DNA of 64,000 nt from Alphaproteobacteria bacterium (GTDB taxonomy: Bacteria > Pseudomonadota > Alphaproteobacteria > CALKHQ01): positions 480,001-544,000 of the forward strand of contig CBDDFZ010000002.1 in assembly GCA_965227515.1 (NCBI GenBank), given 5' to 3'. Both the position numbers and the translations under genes were made by a program. Shown one piece after another: positions 1-10,198 of this stretch. The stretch's first letter is position 1; each line of letters opens with the position of its first letter. A model generated the notes under the pieces. That model did not search any database. It worked only from the letters and a program-made list of their open reading frames with translations, and was not told the origin of the DNA.

Positions 1-56
1 CTGGGCATCGCGGTGGAGCGGTAGGGCGCTTCCTGCAATCCAATATGAAGAATTTG

Positions 57-255
57 ATGCCCTCGGCCTTGTGCCGAGGGCCCATGGCTATGCGGTGTTT
101 TAGAATATGGTGACAGTTTACCAATTACCAATGCTGCCTCAGCGTGCTTCACCCTATCCAAGTCTGTAATTGGTAAACTGTCACCATATTATGTTGCCGC
201 TAATATATTGAAATATTGGACATAAATGGATCCTCGGGACAAGCCCGAGGATGAC
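57..255. repeat. Paired-hairpin alphaproteobacterial REP-like element with AT-rich interior
   Basis: Left arm GCCCTCGGCCTTGTGCCGAGGGCCCAT, right arm ATGGATCCTCGGGACAAGCCCGAGGATGAC; related elements at 18890, 52483, 58537 and 61248. Confidence 0.7.
104..190. repeat. Perfect 25-bp inverted repeat (MITE/REPIN-like) nested in the REP element
   Basis: AATATGGTGACAGTTTACCAATTAC (104-128) and its exact reverse complement GTAATTGGTAAACTGTCACCATATT (166-190), 37-bp spacer. Confidence 0.85.
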
Positions 256-308
256 GACTGTGTGTTGGCGAGAGGTAAGAGCCCAGGCTCCGCAAGGTTG
301 AGTACGAT

Positions 309-1790
309 TCACACCGCCGGCAGCGTTACCTCCACGCGCAAGCCGCCGCCGGCAGCATCGCCCAGCGCGATGTCGCCGCCATGGGCGCGCACCACGGTGC
401 GGGCGATCGCCATGCCGAGCCCGATGCCGCCGGTCTCCCGGTTGCGCGAGGCCTCCAGCCGCACGAACGGTTCGAACACCCGGGCGCGGTCCTCGGCCGG
501 AATGCCGGGCCCCTCGTCCTCGATGGCGATGATGACGCCCGAGGCCGTCTGTGCGAGCGAGACATGGGCGCGGTTGCCATGGGTGGCGGCGTTCTCGATC
601 AGGTTCCTGAGCGCGCGCTTCAGCGCGCCGGGCCGGCACGGATAGGGGGTGCGCGGCGCGTCATCCGCCATCTCGACCGCCAGCCCGATCTCGGCAAGGT
701 CGTCGCACAGGCTCTCCAGCAGGGCGGCGAGATCGACGGTGCGCGTCTTCTCGCCGGCGGCATCCTCGCGCGCGAACGCCAACGTCGCCTCGGTCATCTC
801 CTGCATCTCGGCCAGCGTCTGCAACACCTTCTCGCGCGTCTCCTCGTCCTCGATGAACTCGGCGCGCAACCTCAGCGAGGTGATCGGCGTGCGCAGGTCG
901 TGGCCGATGGCGGCCAGCATCGCGGTGCGGTCGGCCAGGAAGCGTTGCAGGCGCTCGTTCATGCGGTTGAAGGCATGGGTGGTGCGGCGCACGTCGGCCG
1001 GGCCCTGTTCCGGGATCGCGTCGATGTGCTCGCCGCGGCCCAGATGATCGGCGGCCACCGCCAGCCGGCCGAGCGGCCGGGTGATGCGCCGGACCATGAC
1101 AATGACGACGACGGCGACGGCCGCGGCCATCAGTCCGATGGAGGCGAGATAGGCCCATTGCAGCCCCTCGATCGGTGGGCCCATGATGACGGCGATGTTC
1201 AGCCAGCGGCCGTCCGGCAGCAGCGCGCTGGCCGACAGCCGGGGCGGGCCGTCGGCGCAGCGGAACCAGTTCTCGTGCCCGCGATGGTCGTAGCCGTCGT
1301 CGTCGTCTTCGTCCCTGTCGCCGTCATATCGGTGGTCATCGTCGTCGTCGTCGTCGCGACCCCGGTCGCCCCAATCGCCGCGCCGCCAGCGCGGTCGGCC
1401 GTCGTCGCACAGGCCGACGACGACGCTGTCGACGGCGCCTTCGGCCACCAGTTCGTCGAAGGGCGCGCGGGCCGTCGCCTCGTCAGTCACCGCCGCGGGG
1501 TCGACGATGGGGCCGTCGGCGAACCAGATTCGGGTCGCGGGCGACGAGCTGACCTCGACGATCTGCGGATGTAGTGACGGCGGTGACTCGGTGATCAGGC
1601 GCACGATGGATGCCGCGCGCGTGGCGACCTCGCGGATCTCCGCGCCGCGCAGCGCCAGCATGCGCTCGTCGGCGAACATCAGCGCGGTTGCGACCTGGGA
1701 CAGCACCAGCGCGCCGAGCAGCACGGCGACGAGCTGCCCCGCCATATGGCGCGGCCACAGCCACCGAAAGACTTTGCCCAGCGTGGACAT
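309..1790 (-). CDS. HAMP-domain sensor histidine kinase
   Basis: Two TM segments, HAMP, H-box AIGHDLRTPIT, N-box RNLIENA, G boxes DEGPGIP and GIGLGMAI; start MSTLGK overlaps the regulator stop (TGATG). Confidence 0.93.
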   Translation of the reverse strand: MSTLGKVFRWLWPRHMAGQLVAVLLGALVLSQVATALMFADERMLALRGAEIREVATRAASIVRLITESPPSLHPQIVEVSSSPATRIWFADGPIVDPAAVTDEATARAPFDELVAEGAVDSVVVGLCDDGRPRWRRGDWGDRGRDDDDDDDHRYDGDRDEDDDDGYDHRGHENWFRCADGPPRLSASALLPDGRWLNIAVIMGPPIEGLQWAYLASIGLMAAAVAVVVIVMVRRITRPLGRLAVAADHLGRGEHIDAIPEQGPADVRRTTHAFNRMNERLQRFLADRTAMLAAIGHDLRTPITSLRLRAEFIEDEETREKVLQTLAEMQEMTEATLAFAREDAAGEKTRTVDLAALLESLCDDLAEIGLAVEMADDAPRTPYPCRPGALKRALRNLIENAATHGNRAHVSLAQTASGVIIAIEDEGPGIPAEDRARVFEPFVRLEASRNRETGGIGLGMAIARTVVRAHGGDIALGDAAGGGLRVEVTLPAV

Positions 1791-2506
1791 CAGCGGGTGA
1801 CGTCGGTCGCCAGCATGTAGCCGCCGCCCCACACGGTCTTGATCAGCTGCGGGTCCTTCGGATCGCTCTCGATCTTCTTGCGCAGCCGGCTGATTTGATT
1901 GTCGATGGAGCGGTCGAACGCGCGGGCATCGCGGCCCCTGGTCAGGTCCAGCAACTGGTCGCGGCTCAGCACCACGCGCGGCCGCTCAAGCATCGCCGAC
2001 AGAAGCTGGAACTCCGCCGTCGACAGCGGCACGGCGACCCCGCTGTCGTTGACAAGCTCGCGGCGGTCGACTTCCAGCGTCCAGCGGTCGAAGCGCACCG
2101 CGCCGCTCTTGAGGCCGGCATGGTCGCGGGGCAGAGCGGTGGTGCGCCGCAGCACCGCCTTGATGCGCGCCAATAGTTCGCGCGGATTGAACGGCTTCAC
2201 CACATAGTCGTCGGCGCCCATTTCCAGCCCGACGACACGGTCGGTCTCCTCGGCCATCGCGGTCAGCAGAATGACCGGGGTGTCTCCGGTGGCGCGCAGA
2301 TGGCGGCAGAGCGACAGCCCATCCTCGCCCGGCATCATCACATCCAGCACCACCAGGTCGATGGCGTTGCCGGCCAGGGCCTTGCGCGCCTGGGCGGCGC
2401 CATCGGCCATGGTGACGCGCAGGCCCTGCTTGCCGAGATACTTGGCCAGCGGCTCGCGAATCTGGGCGTGGTCGTCAACGACCAGAATGTGTGGCGTGCG
2501 CTCCAT
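1790..2506 (-). CDS. OmpR-family response regulator
   Basis: Receiver motifs ILVVDD, LDVMMP, GADDYVVKPF; winged-helix end IKTVWGGGY. Confidence 0.95.
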   Translation of the reverse strand: MERTPHILVVDDHAQIREPLAKYLGKQGLRVTMADGAAQARKALAGNAIDLVVLDVMMPGEDGLSLCRHLRATGDTPVILLTAMAEETDRVVGLEMGADDYVVKPFNPRELLARIKAVLRRTTALPRDHAGLKSGAVRFDRWTLEVDRRELVNDSGVAVPLSTAEFQLLSAMLERPRVVLSRDQLLDLTRGRDARAFDRSIDNQISRLRKKIESDPKDPQLIKTVWGGGYMLATDVTR

Positions 2507-2600
2507 TATTACTTCCTCCGGGCAACTCATCCTTCGCGGGGGTCCCTGCACCATGGCCGCATTGTAATTAGGCCCGGATCGGCCGGCGCGACCGACAAAG

Positions 2601-2650
2601 TTGTATCAAACTGTGTCAGTCGCCGCGTCGGTGACCGACTGACACACATT
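2601..2650. promoter_or_regulatory. Putative OmpR-type binding repeats between divergent genes
   Basis: TGTATCA and TGTGTCA spaced 10 bp apart (2602-2618) plus inverted TGACACA near 2640. Confidence 0.35.
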
Positions 2651-2728
2651 CCCGGTCTTGCGCGTGAACTTTTGCGACAGGCGATGCCCATGTTTGGTCC
2701 ATCGCAACGACATCGAAAGGACGCAACG

Positions 2729-3391
2729 ATGTTCAACAAGACCAAGACGGCAATCCTGTTGGCTGGTGTCAGCGCCATCGGGCTCGGCGTGGCCGGGCTG
2801 GCGGTGACCGCCCAGGCCGACGGCGGCGGCGACCGGGACGGCCCGCGTTGGGGCCAAGGCAGTGGTGGTCACGGCGGTGGTGGGCATGGCGGCGGCATGG
2901 GCTGGCGTCACGGCGGTGGCCCCGGCGGACATGGTGGCCCCGGCGGGCATGGTGGCCCGTTCGGCGGCGGCATGATCGAGCGCATCCTCGATACCTTCGA
3001 TGCCGATGACAATGGCGCGCTGACCCAGGCCGAGATCGACACCGGCCGCGCCGATAACCTGGCCAAGTTCGACGCCGATGGCGACGGTGCGCTGTCGCTG
3101 GACGAGTACGAGGCCCTGTGGGTCGACTTCATGCGCGAGCGCATGGTCGACCGGTTCCAGGACCTGGACGCCGATGGCGACGCCTCGGTGACGGTGGCCG
3201 AGTTCATCGACCCCTTCGACCACATGGTCGAGCGGCTTGACGACGACGGCGATGGCGAGGTGACGGCCGACGAGTTCCGGCCCGGCCCGCGCCACGGTGA
3301 CGGCGAAGGTTACGGTCCGGGGCGTGGCTTTGGCGACGGCGACCGCGATGGGATGGGCCGTGGCTACGACGACGACGAGGACGACGACTAG
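2729..3391 (+). CDS. Exported EF-hand calcium-binding protein with Gly/His-rich linker
   Basis: Signal peptide; four DxDxDG loops (DADDNG, DADGDG, DADGDA, DDDGDG); GGHGG repeats; acidic tail. Confidence 0.88.
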   Translation: MFNKTKTAILLAGVSAIGLGVAGLAVTAQADGGGDRDGPRWGQGSGGHGGGGHGGGMGWRHGGGPGGHGGPGGHGGPFGGGMIERILDTFDADDNGALTQAEIDTGRADNLAKFDADGDGALSLDEYEALWVDFMRERMVDRFQDLDADGDASVTVAEFIDPFDHMVERLDDDGDGEVTADEFRPGPRHGDGEGYGPGRGFGDGDRDGMGRGYDDDEDDD

Positions 3392-3526
3392 TGCGATCTC
3401 GCGCGGCACGCCGACGTCCCCATCGTCCGGCGTGATAGCGTGCGGTGGACCGGCAGGCAGCCGGTCCGCCGCTTCTCGTATCCGGCCCCTGGGGCTTGGG
3501 TCGACTGCCGGGAGGGCAAGGCGGCA

Positions 3527-4075
3527 ATGAAACTGACGGACGACAAGAGCCGGTTCGGATTGGTTACCATCGCCAACCACTGGGTGATGGCGGGCCTGGT
3601 GATCTTCATGCTGTGGCAGGGCCTCACCATGGAGGATCTGCCGCGCGGGCCCGAGCGCACGGCGGAATTGGCGCTGCACAACGGGCTCGGCCTGCTGGTG
3701 CTGGCGCTCGCCATCATTCGCGTGGTGTGGCGGCTGACCAACAGGTCGCCCGCGCCCGCCGCCCCGATGCCGCGCTGGCAGCACATCGCCGCCGAGGCGG
3801 TGAAGGGCCTTTTGCTGCTGGCAGTGGTGGCGGTCCCGCTCTCCGGCTGGATGCAGGAGATGGGCGAGGGGCGGGCGATCGATTTCTTCGGCCTGTTCGA
3901 GGTGCCGTCGCTGACCGGCCCGAGCGAACTGGTGGAGGACATCGGCCACGAGTTGCACGAGTTCGCGATCCTGCTGATCCCGCTGATCGCCATCCATGTG
4001 CTGGCGGCGCTGAAACATCACTTCATCGACCGCGACGCCACGCTGCGGCGCATGCTGGGGGCCAAGTCCGCCTGA
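3527..4075 (+). CDS. Cytochrome b561 (YceJ/CybB family)
   Basis: IANHWVMA, LHNGLG and HVLAALKHHF haem-ligand His motifs in TM helices; GGAGG RBS. Confidence 0.9.
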   Translation: MKLTDDKSRFGLVTIANHWVMAGLVIFMLWQGLTMEDLPRGPERTAELALHNGLGLLVLALAIIRVVWRLTNRSPAPAAPMPRWQHIAAEAVKGLLLLAVVAVPLSGWMQEMGEGRAIDFFGLFEVPSLTGPSELVEDIGHELHEFAILLIPLIAIHVLAALKHHFIDRDATLRRMLGAKSA

Positions 4076-4193
4076 CGCCAAACCTCACCCCGACGTCACA
4101 ATTCCGCCGGACGCGTTAGTGCAGTATTGTCCTTCGCGAACGATCACCCGCTTGAAGACACGATCACCCGATTGAAGACTGGGAGCGACCGGC

Positions 4194-4652
4194 ATGGCGC
4201 AGGTAAGGAGATTGGCATTGGCGGCCGCGATGGTTGCAGGTGCGGCAATGGGCGGTTCCGCATCGGGGGCGATGGCCGCCGAACTGGAGGTCACTGTCGC
4301 GGGCGTCTCCTCCAACACCGGCAAGGTGGTGGTGGCGATCTACGATGCCCTCAGCGCCCAGCACTATCCCAGCGAGGTCGGCGTGCGCGCCGGCAACTTC
4401 GCGCGCGCGAAAACGGGAGACATGCGGTTCCTGTTCGTGGACCTGCCGCCGGGGCAGTACGCCGCCGTCGCGTTCCATGACCTGAACGACAACGACCGGC
4501 TGGATACCGATGGCATCGGCCTGCCGCGCGAGCCGTTCGGCTTCAGCCAGGATCCGGGCGTGCTGACCGGGCCGCCCTCGTTCCAGGATGCCGCGGTCAC
4601 CATCGGCGCCGGCCAGCCGCGGGCGATGACCACGGCCACGCTGGTGCAATAG
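4194..4652 (+). CDS. DUF2141 family exported protein
   Basis: Signal peptide; LPPGQYAAVAFHDLNDNDRLD...GLPREPFGFS...GPPSF motif. Confidence 0.85.
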   Translation: MAQVRRLALAAAMVAGAAMGGSASGAMAAELEVTVAGVSSNTGKVVVAIYDALSAQHYPSEVGVRAGNFARAKTGDMRFLFVDLPPGQYAAVAFHDLNDNDRLDTDGIGLPREPFGFSQDPGVLTGPPSFQDAAVTIGAGQPRAMTTATLVQ

Positions 4653-4763
4653 CGCATTCGGTGGTAATCGGGCCGCAAGCCCGGAAGAATTGACGCCTGC
4701 CGAGCAGGCCAACAAGTCGACCCAACAGGACGACCCGACAGGACGACCGAGGAGGAACCCGAC

Positions 4764-5474
4764 ATGCCCGACGATCAGTCGCCGGCCGCCGATGCGCGCC
4801 TGGCCAAACTGGCCGAATACGACACGCCGACCATCTGCAACGCCCTGGAGGTCTGCCGGCCGGAGCGCCGGACCTTCGGGTTCACCACCAAGACGCTGAT
4901 CTGCCCCTATCCGGACCTGCCGCCGATGGTGGGCTATGCACGCACCGCCACCATCTGCGCGTCGCGCCCGCCGGCCGACCCGAAGAAGGTGCCGCAACAA
5001 CGCCTGGACTACTACAAGTACGTCGCGGCGGGGCGCGGCCCGACGGTCTCGGTGATCCAGGACCTGGACGACCCGGCCGGCATCGGCTCGTTCTGGGGCG
5101 AGGTGCACACCGCGGTCCACACTGCGCTGGGCTGCCAGGGTGTGGTCACCAACGGCGCGATCCGCGACCTGGATGCCAACGCGCCGGGCTTCCGCATGCT
5201 GTCGGGCACGGTCGTGCCGTCGCATGTGTGGGTGCACCTTGTCGGCTGGGGCGACGAGGTCAACGTGCATGGCATGGTGGTGCAGCATGACGACCTGATC
5301 CATGCCGACCGGCATGGCGCGGTGATCATTCCGCACGACGCCATCGACGAGACCATTGCCGCCGCCGGCCTCTGCGAGCGCAAGGAAGCCCCGGTGCTGG
5401 CGGTCGCGCGCGGCGAGGGCTTCACCGTCGACAAGCTGGCCGAGGCCATGGGCCAGGCCGCCGAAATTCACTGA
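4764..5474 (+). CDS. RraA/HMG-aldolase-like family protein
   Basis: DTPTICNALE, MVGYART, WGEV, GVVTNGAIRD, DLIHADRHG motifs. Confidence 0.85.
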   Translation: MPDDQSPAADARLAKLAEYDTPTICNALEVCRPERRTFGFTTKTLICPYPDLPPMVGYARTATICASRPPADPKKVPQQRLDYYKYVAAGRGPTVSVIQDLDDPAGIGSFWGEVHTAVHTALGCQGVVTNGAIRDLDANAPGFRMLSGTVVPSHVWVHLVGWGDEVNVHGMVVQHDDLIHADRHGAVIIPHDAIDETIAAAGLCERKEAPVLAVARGEGFTVDKLAEAMGQAAEIH

Positions 5475-5503
5475 TCCAGATCCACTGATCACGGGAGCGG
5501 GCG

Positions 5504-6043
5504 ATGGCGGACAAGCAGCAGAAGGCCGGACCTATCGTCAACGTCGCCGATGCACCGGTGCGCAGGTTGGAGAACGGCTCGCATTTCGCGGCGTCGATCG
5601 CGCAGCTCGGCGAACCCGCCGGCGGTGACAAGATCGGGGCGAACGTCACCACCGTGCCGCCGGGCAAGGCCGCGTTCCCGATCCACCACCACTTCGCCAA
5701 CGAGGAGCACTTCTTCATCCTCAGCGGCAGCGGGGTGCTGCGGCTGGGAGAGGCGACCCATGCCGTGCGGCCGCACGACTATGTCGCGATCCCGGCCGGC
5801 GGCGCCGACACGGCGCACCAGTTCGTCAATACCGGGACCGAGGACCTGGTCTATCTGGCGCTGTCGACCAAGTCGGCGCCGGAGGTGGTCGGCTATCCCG
5901 ACGGCGGCAAGATCGGTGTCGTTTCGGCGCCCTGGGGCAAGGAGCCGTCGCCCTTCTTCCTGGACGAAAGCTCAATGGTGAAGGCCGCCTACTGGGACAA
6001 CGAGGACGGCGCCGGCGTCGAGCGGGTCTTGAAGTCGAGCTGA
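5504..6043 (+). CDS. Cupin-domain protein
   Basis: PIHHHFANEEHFFILSG and AHQFVNTG cupin motifs; EVVGYPDGGK. Confidence 0.88.
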   Translation: MADKQQKAGPIVNVADAPVRRLENGSHFAASIAQLGEPAGGDKIGANVTTVPPGKAAFPIHHHFANEEHFFILSGSGVLRLGEATHAVRPHDYVAIPAGGADTAHQFVNTGTEDLVYLALSTKSAPEVVGYPDGGKIGVVSAPWGKEPSPFFLDESSMVKAAYWDNEDGAGVERVLKSS

Positions 6044-6050
6044 GAACGGG

Positions 6051-6077
6051 TGGGCCGGCCATGCATTGGCCGGCCCA
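6051..6077. terminator. GC-rich hairpin between convergent cupin and mscL genes
   Basis: TGGGCCGGCCA-TGCAT-TGGCCGGCCCA; weak U-tract. Confidence 0.4.
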
Positions 6078-6102
6078 AATTAGGGCGTTTCTTGGATGAT
6101 CT

Positions 6103-6185
6103 GCACCGGCCCGCACCCCCACCCGGCCCCCCAACGATAGTATCCTGTCTGGGTGGCCGGGTGGGGGCGCGGGCCGGTGCCGACT
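6103..6185 (+). repeat. Long-stem palindromic repeat with conserved AGTATCCTG loop, copy 1 of 4
   Basis: CCCCCACCCGGCC...CAACGATAGTATCCTGTCTGGGTGGCCGGGTGGGGG; other copies at 33026, 42114 and 57293. Confidence 0.88.
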
Positions 6186-6207
6186 TCGCGTAAGCGGAAC
6201 GATCCAG

Positions 6208-6630
6208 TTAAGCGTTCTTTTTCAAGAGGTCGCGGATTTCCTCGAGCAGCACCTCGTTGCGCGGCGGCTCTGCCGGCTCCTCCGGCTTCTCCTCTTCCTT
6301 CTTCTGCAGGGAGTTCATACCCTTCACCAGCAGGAAGACGGCGAAGGCGACGATCAGGAAGCTGATCACCGCATTGACGAACAGGCCGATGTTCATGGTG
6401 GCGACGCCGGCCTCCTGGGCCGCGGCGAGCGTCTCGAAGCTCTGGTCGCCGGAGAGCTGGATGAAGATGTCGGAGAAGTCGACGCCTCCGAGCAGGATGC
6501 CGATGGGCGGCATGATCACATCGTCGACCAGCGACTTGACGATGGTTCCGAACGCGGCACCGATGATGATGCCGACGGCCATGTCCACCACATTGCCGCG
6601 TAGTGCGAATTTCTTAAATTCCTGCAACAT
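6208..6630 (-). CDS. mscL: Large-conductance mechanosensitive channel
   Basis: [27 protein letters not shown]...LLEEIRDLL. Confidence 0.97.
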   Translation of the reverse strand: MLQEFKKFALRGNVVDMAVGIIIGAAFGTIVKSLVDDVIMPPIGILLGGVDFSDIFIQLSGDQSFETLAAAQEAGVATMNIGLFVNAVISFLIVAFAVFLLVKGMNSLQKKEEEKPEEPAEPPRNEVLLEEIRDLLKKNA

Positions 6631-6880
6631 ATCGACCGTCTCCCTCGGCATGCGAGCGCTGCCGCTTGTTGACCAGCCGTCGCCATCCCAACGTGCCGAC
6701 GGCATATGATTCGCCCCACGGCTGACAAGTTAAGCAAATCTGGATTCGGTGGAAAGCCATTGGCGGGCACATGCCATGTTCGCAAGCCACGAGCGGAGCG
6801 CCGTGCGGAACCGTTGGCGGCCGATGCCGCCGCCGCGGCAAAATGAGCCGCACCGAAAAAGGCACCCACTTTGGCCGGAC

Positions 6881-6898
6881 TTGTCATAAAGTTGACGT
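6881..6898 (+). promoter_or_regulatory. Putative Pho box
   Basis: TTGTCAT-AAAG-TTGACGT resembles CTGTCAT-N4-CTGTCAT, about 100 bp upstream of phoX. Confidence 0.55.
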
Positions 6899-7000
6899 CT
6901 GGGATCGCTAGGTTCCGGCCAGACGTTGCCCGTCGGAGTCTCCAGGATCGGCCGACCCCCAGGGACGGGCACGTAACAAACCACTCAGCGGGAGAGAGAT

Positions 7001-8887
7001 ATGAACAAGATCGAGAAGCTGTCGTTTGACGAGCATGACGAGCGCGTGCGCCCGGCGCCCGAGGAAACCGACTTCGACCGCATTGTCGAAGCCAGGATCA
7101 GCCGACGCGGCCTGATGGGCGGTGCGTTGGCCTTCGGTGGCGCTGGCATGCTGGCCAGCACCTTCCTGACCCGGCCCGCACAAGCCGCTGCCGACCGGTT
7201 TGCGTTCACGCAGATCCCCGCCGGTACCGCCGATACCATCGTGGTGCCGGACGGCTATACGGCCGAGGTCGTTGTGCGTTGGGGCGATCCGCTGTTCTCC
7301 GACACGCCGGAATTCGACCATGCGACGCGCGGCACCGCCGCCAGCCAGGCGCGCGCCTACGGCGACAACACCGACGGCATGGAAGTCTTCTCCCACGAAG
7401 GCCATACCCTGTTGGTGGCCAACAACGAGTACACCAACACCAACATCATCTGGGGCAACAACCCGGACCAGACGTTCCAGTCCGACGACGATGTGCTCAA
7501 GGGCATGATGGCGCACGGCAACACCGTCGTTGAGATTTCCCAGGGTGCAGACGGATGGGGGATCGTCCAGGACAGCCCCTACAATCGGCGCATCACGCCG
7601 CAGACCGAGATGGAGATCACGGGCCCGGCGGCCGGCCACGCGCTGCTGCAGACCGCGGCCGATCCGTCCGGCACCTCGACCCTCGGCACCTGGAACAACT
7701 GCGCCAACGGCCGCACGCCGTGGGGCACCTATCTGACCTGTGAGGAGAACTTCAACGGCTACTTCTCCTCGTCCGATCCCGAGGTCGAGATCTCGCCCGG
7801 GCTGTCGCGCTATGGCGTGTCGGCTGAGGATTGGGGCTATGGCTGGGCGACCATTGACGAGCGCTTCGATATCTCCAAGCACCCGAACGAGCCGAACCGC
7901 GCGGGTTGGGTCGTCGAGTACGATCCGTTCGATCCCAACGCGATGCCGAAGAAGCGCACCGCACTCGGCCGCTTCAAGCATGAGAGTGCCGAGCTTGTGG
8001 TCAATGGCGATGGGCGCATCGTGGTCTATATGGGCGACGACGAGCGGGGCGAGTTCCTCTACCGCTATGTCTCCGACGGCGTCTATGCGCCGGGCGGCGA
8101 CACCGAATCGCTGCTGACCGAGGGCACCCTCTACGTCGCCAAGTTCAACGACGACGGCACCGGCGAGTGGCTGGCCCTGACGCCGGAGACCACCGGCATG
8201 GCCGATGCCGGCGAGGTCCACATCCACGCACGCATGGCCGCGTCGACGGTCGGCGCGACGACGATGGACCGTCCGGAGTGGGTCGCCGCCAATCCGACCA
8301 AAGCCGAGGTCTATGTCTGCCTGACCAACAACCGCAACCGCGGGGTGAAGCCGAATGCCGGCGGCGACGAAGCGCCGGTCAACGGCCCCAACCCACGCGC
8401 GGAGAACAACTACGGTCAGGTCGCGCGCTGGTGGCCCGACGGTGCCGACCACACCGCCAGCGGTTTCTCATGGGACCTGTTCGTCATCGCCGGCAACCCG
8501 ACGGTGCACGACGATGCCTATGCCGGTTCCGACAACGTGACCGCCGACAACATGTTCAACTCGCCGGACGGCATCAAGTTCGACAGCAACGGCCTGCTGT
8601 GGATCCAGACCGACGGCAACTATTCCAATGCCGAGGGCTTTGCCGGCCAGGGCAACAACCAGATGCTGGCGGCCGATCCGGAGACCGGCGAAATCCGCCG
8701 GTTCCTGGTTGGGCCGAGCGAGTGCGAGGTGACCGGCCTGGCCTGGAGCCCGGATCGGCGGACCATGTTCGTCGGCATCCAGCATCCGGGTGAGGACGGC
8801 AACAGCCATTGGCCGGAAGGCGGCGATGCCGTGCCACGCTCGGCCGTGATTGCCGTGCGCCGCGACGACGGTGTCGTCATCGGCTGA
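7001..8887 (+). CDS. phoX: PhoX-family alkaline phosphatase (Tat-exported)
   Basis: Tat motif SRRGLM; NCANGRTPWGTYLTCEEN, GRFKHE, MDRPEW, FVGIQHPGE. Confidence 0.95.
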   Translation: MNKIEKLSFDEHDERVRPAPEETDFDRIVEARISRRGLMGGALAFGGAGMLASTFLTRPAQAAADRFAFTQIPAGTADTIVVPDGYTAEVVVRWGDPLFSDTPEFDHATRGTAASQARAYGDNTDGMEVFSHEGHTLLVANNEYTNTNIIWGNNPDQTFQSDDDVLKGMMAHGNTVVEISQGADGWGIVQDSPYNRRITPQTEMEITGPAAGHALLQTAADPSGTSTLGTWNNCANGRTPWGTYLTCEENFNGYFSSSDPEVEISPGLSRYGVSAEDWGYGWATIDERFDISKHPNEPNRAGWVVEYDPFDPNAMPKKRTALGRFKHESAELVVNGDGRIVVYMGDDERGEFLYRYVSDGVYAPGGDTESLLTEGTLYVAKFNDDGTGEWLALTPETTGMADAGEVHIHARMAASTVGATTMDRPEWVAANPTKAEVYVCLTNNRNRGVKPNAGGDEAPVNGPNPRAENNYGQVARWWPDGADHTASGFSWDLFVIAGNPTVHDDAYAGSDNVTADNMFNSPDGIKFDSNGLLWIQTDGNYSNAEGFAGQGNNQMLAADPETGEIRRFLVGPSECEVTGLAWSPDRRTMFVGIQHPGEDGNSHWPEGGDAVPRSAVIAVRRDDGVVIG

Positions 8888-9022
8888 TCGGCCGTTCGGG
8901 CGCCTCGCTTGCGAGCGTCCAGCCGTGTGAAAATGCACCGGCCCGCGCGTTTGCGCGGGCCGGTCGCATGTTGGGGCACTGCGGTCGTCGCTCTGCGGTC
9001 TTGGCGAGAGCGAAAAACGATC

Positions 9023-10024
9023 CTACGAGTATGCGCCGGCCTTTTGAGCCTCCAGGTCGTCCTCCACGAACGCGGTGACGATGTCGTCCATCGACGCATC
9101 GGCATGGATGCCCAGCGCCGGTGCGCGCTTCGGCGCCACGTGCGTCGGCCAGCCGGACACGATCTTCTGGATCGCCGGGTCGGGCGCCCAGCGTATGAGA
9201 TCGAGCGCCTCCTGACCGCCGGCCCGCTTCAGCGCGTCCGCCATCTCCTGCACGCTGACCGATAAGCCCGGCAGCAGCAGCGAGCGTGAGGCGCCGAGCT
9301 TCGCACCGTCCAGCTCATAGGCGGCGATGAACGCCTCGATCACCTTGCGCGGCGACATCAGCGGCATCACCGTGTCGGGCGACACCGGGCACACGGCCTC
9401 CTTGCCGCACAGCGGTTCGCGGATGATCGAGCTGGCGAAGGTGGAGGCGGCCTTGTTCGGCTTGCCGGGCCGGACCACGATGGTCGGCAGCCGGAGCGCG
9501 CGGCCGTCCAGGAAGCCCTTGCGGCTGTAGTCCTGCACCAGCATCTCGCCGATGGCCTTCTGGATGCCATAGGAGTTCTGCGGCGTCTGCGGGGTCTCGT
9601 CCAGGATCTGCGGCGGCATGTCCCCGCCATAGGATGCGATCGAGCTGGCGAACACCAGGCGCGGCGCGTGGGCCAGCGCGCGGCACCGGTCGAGCACGCC
9701 GATGGTGCCATAGAGGTTGACCCGCATGCCGAGGTCGAAGTCGGCCTCCGCGCCGGCGCTGACCACGGCGGCCATGTGGAACACGCCGTCGGTGTCGTCG
9801 GGGATCGCCTTGGTCAGCGCGTCGGTGTCGCTGAGGTCGCCTTCCATGGCGGTGACCCGCGGGTCGTCGTGCTCGGGGCCGCGATAGGGCATGGCGTCGA
9901 AGGCGACGATGCGCTCGATCTCCTGCGGTTTGCCGTCGGCGCCGGGCAGGCTGCCGCGTTCCAGCAGGGTGCGGGTCAGGCGGCGGCCGAGGAAGCCGGC
10001 GGCGCCGGTGATGGTGAGTTTCAT
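9023..10024 (-). CDS. denD: D-erythronate dehydrogenase-like extended SDR
   Basis: ITGAAGFLG, AAVVSAGAEADFDLG, YGIQK, RPGKPNKAAS; real start MKLTIT, the ORF-track N-terminal extension is spurious. Confidence 0.85.
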   Translation of the reverse strand: MKLTITGAAGFLGRRLTRTLLERGSLPGADGKPQEIERIVAFDAMPYRGPEHDDPRVTAMEGDLSDTDALTKAIPDDTDGVFHMAAVVSAGAEADFDLGMRVNLYGTIGVLDRCRALAHAPRLVFASSIASYGGDMPPQILDETPQTPQNSYGIQKAIGEMLVQDYSRKGFLDGRALRLPTIVVRPGKPNKAASTFASSIIREPLCGKEAVCPVSPDTVMPLMSPRKVIEAFIAAYELDGAKLGASRSLLLPGLSVSVQEMADALKRAGGQEALDLIRWAPDPAIQKIVSGWPTHVAPKRAPALGIHADASMDDIVTAFVEDDLEAQKAGAYS

Positions 10025-10198
10025 GAGTGTGCTCTTGTGGTTCGTCTTGTGAATTCGGCGGCGGTGTGAGCCGGTGCCCCGCCGAAAAAGATGCGCGCAT
10101 ATTGACCCGGTCGGCCGGGTATCGCCAAACTGCAATTCGTCCCACCCCGCGCCGCACCTATCGAACGAGCCGCCTGCCTTGCTTATGAACGCGCCCAT

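Noticed and set aside
1-24. Possible 3' end of a plus-strand gene (LGIAVER-stop)
   Set aside because: Too short to support
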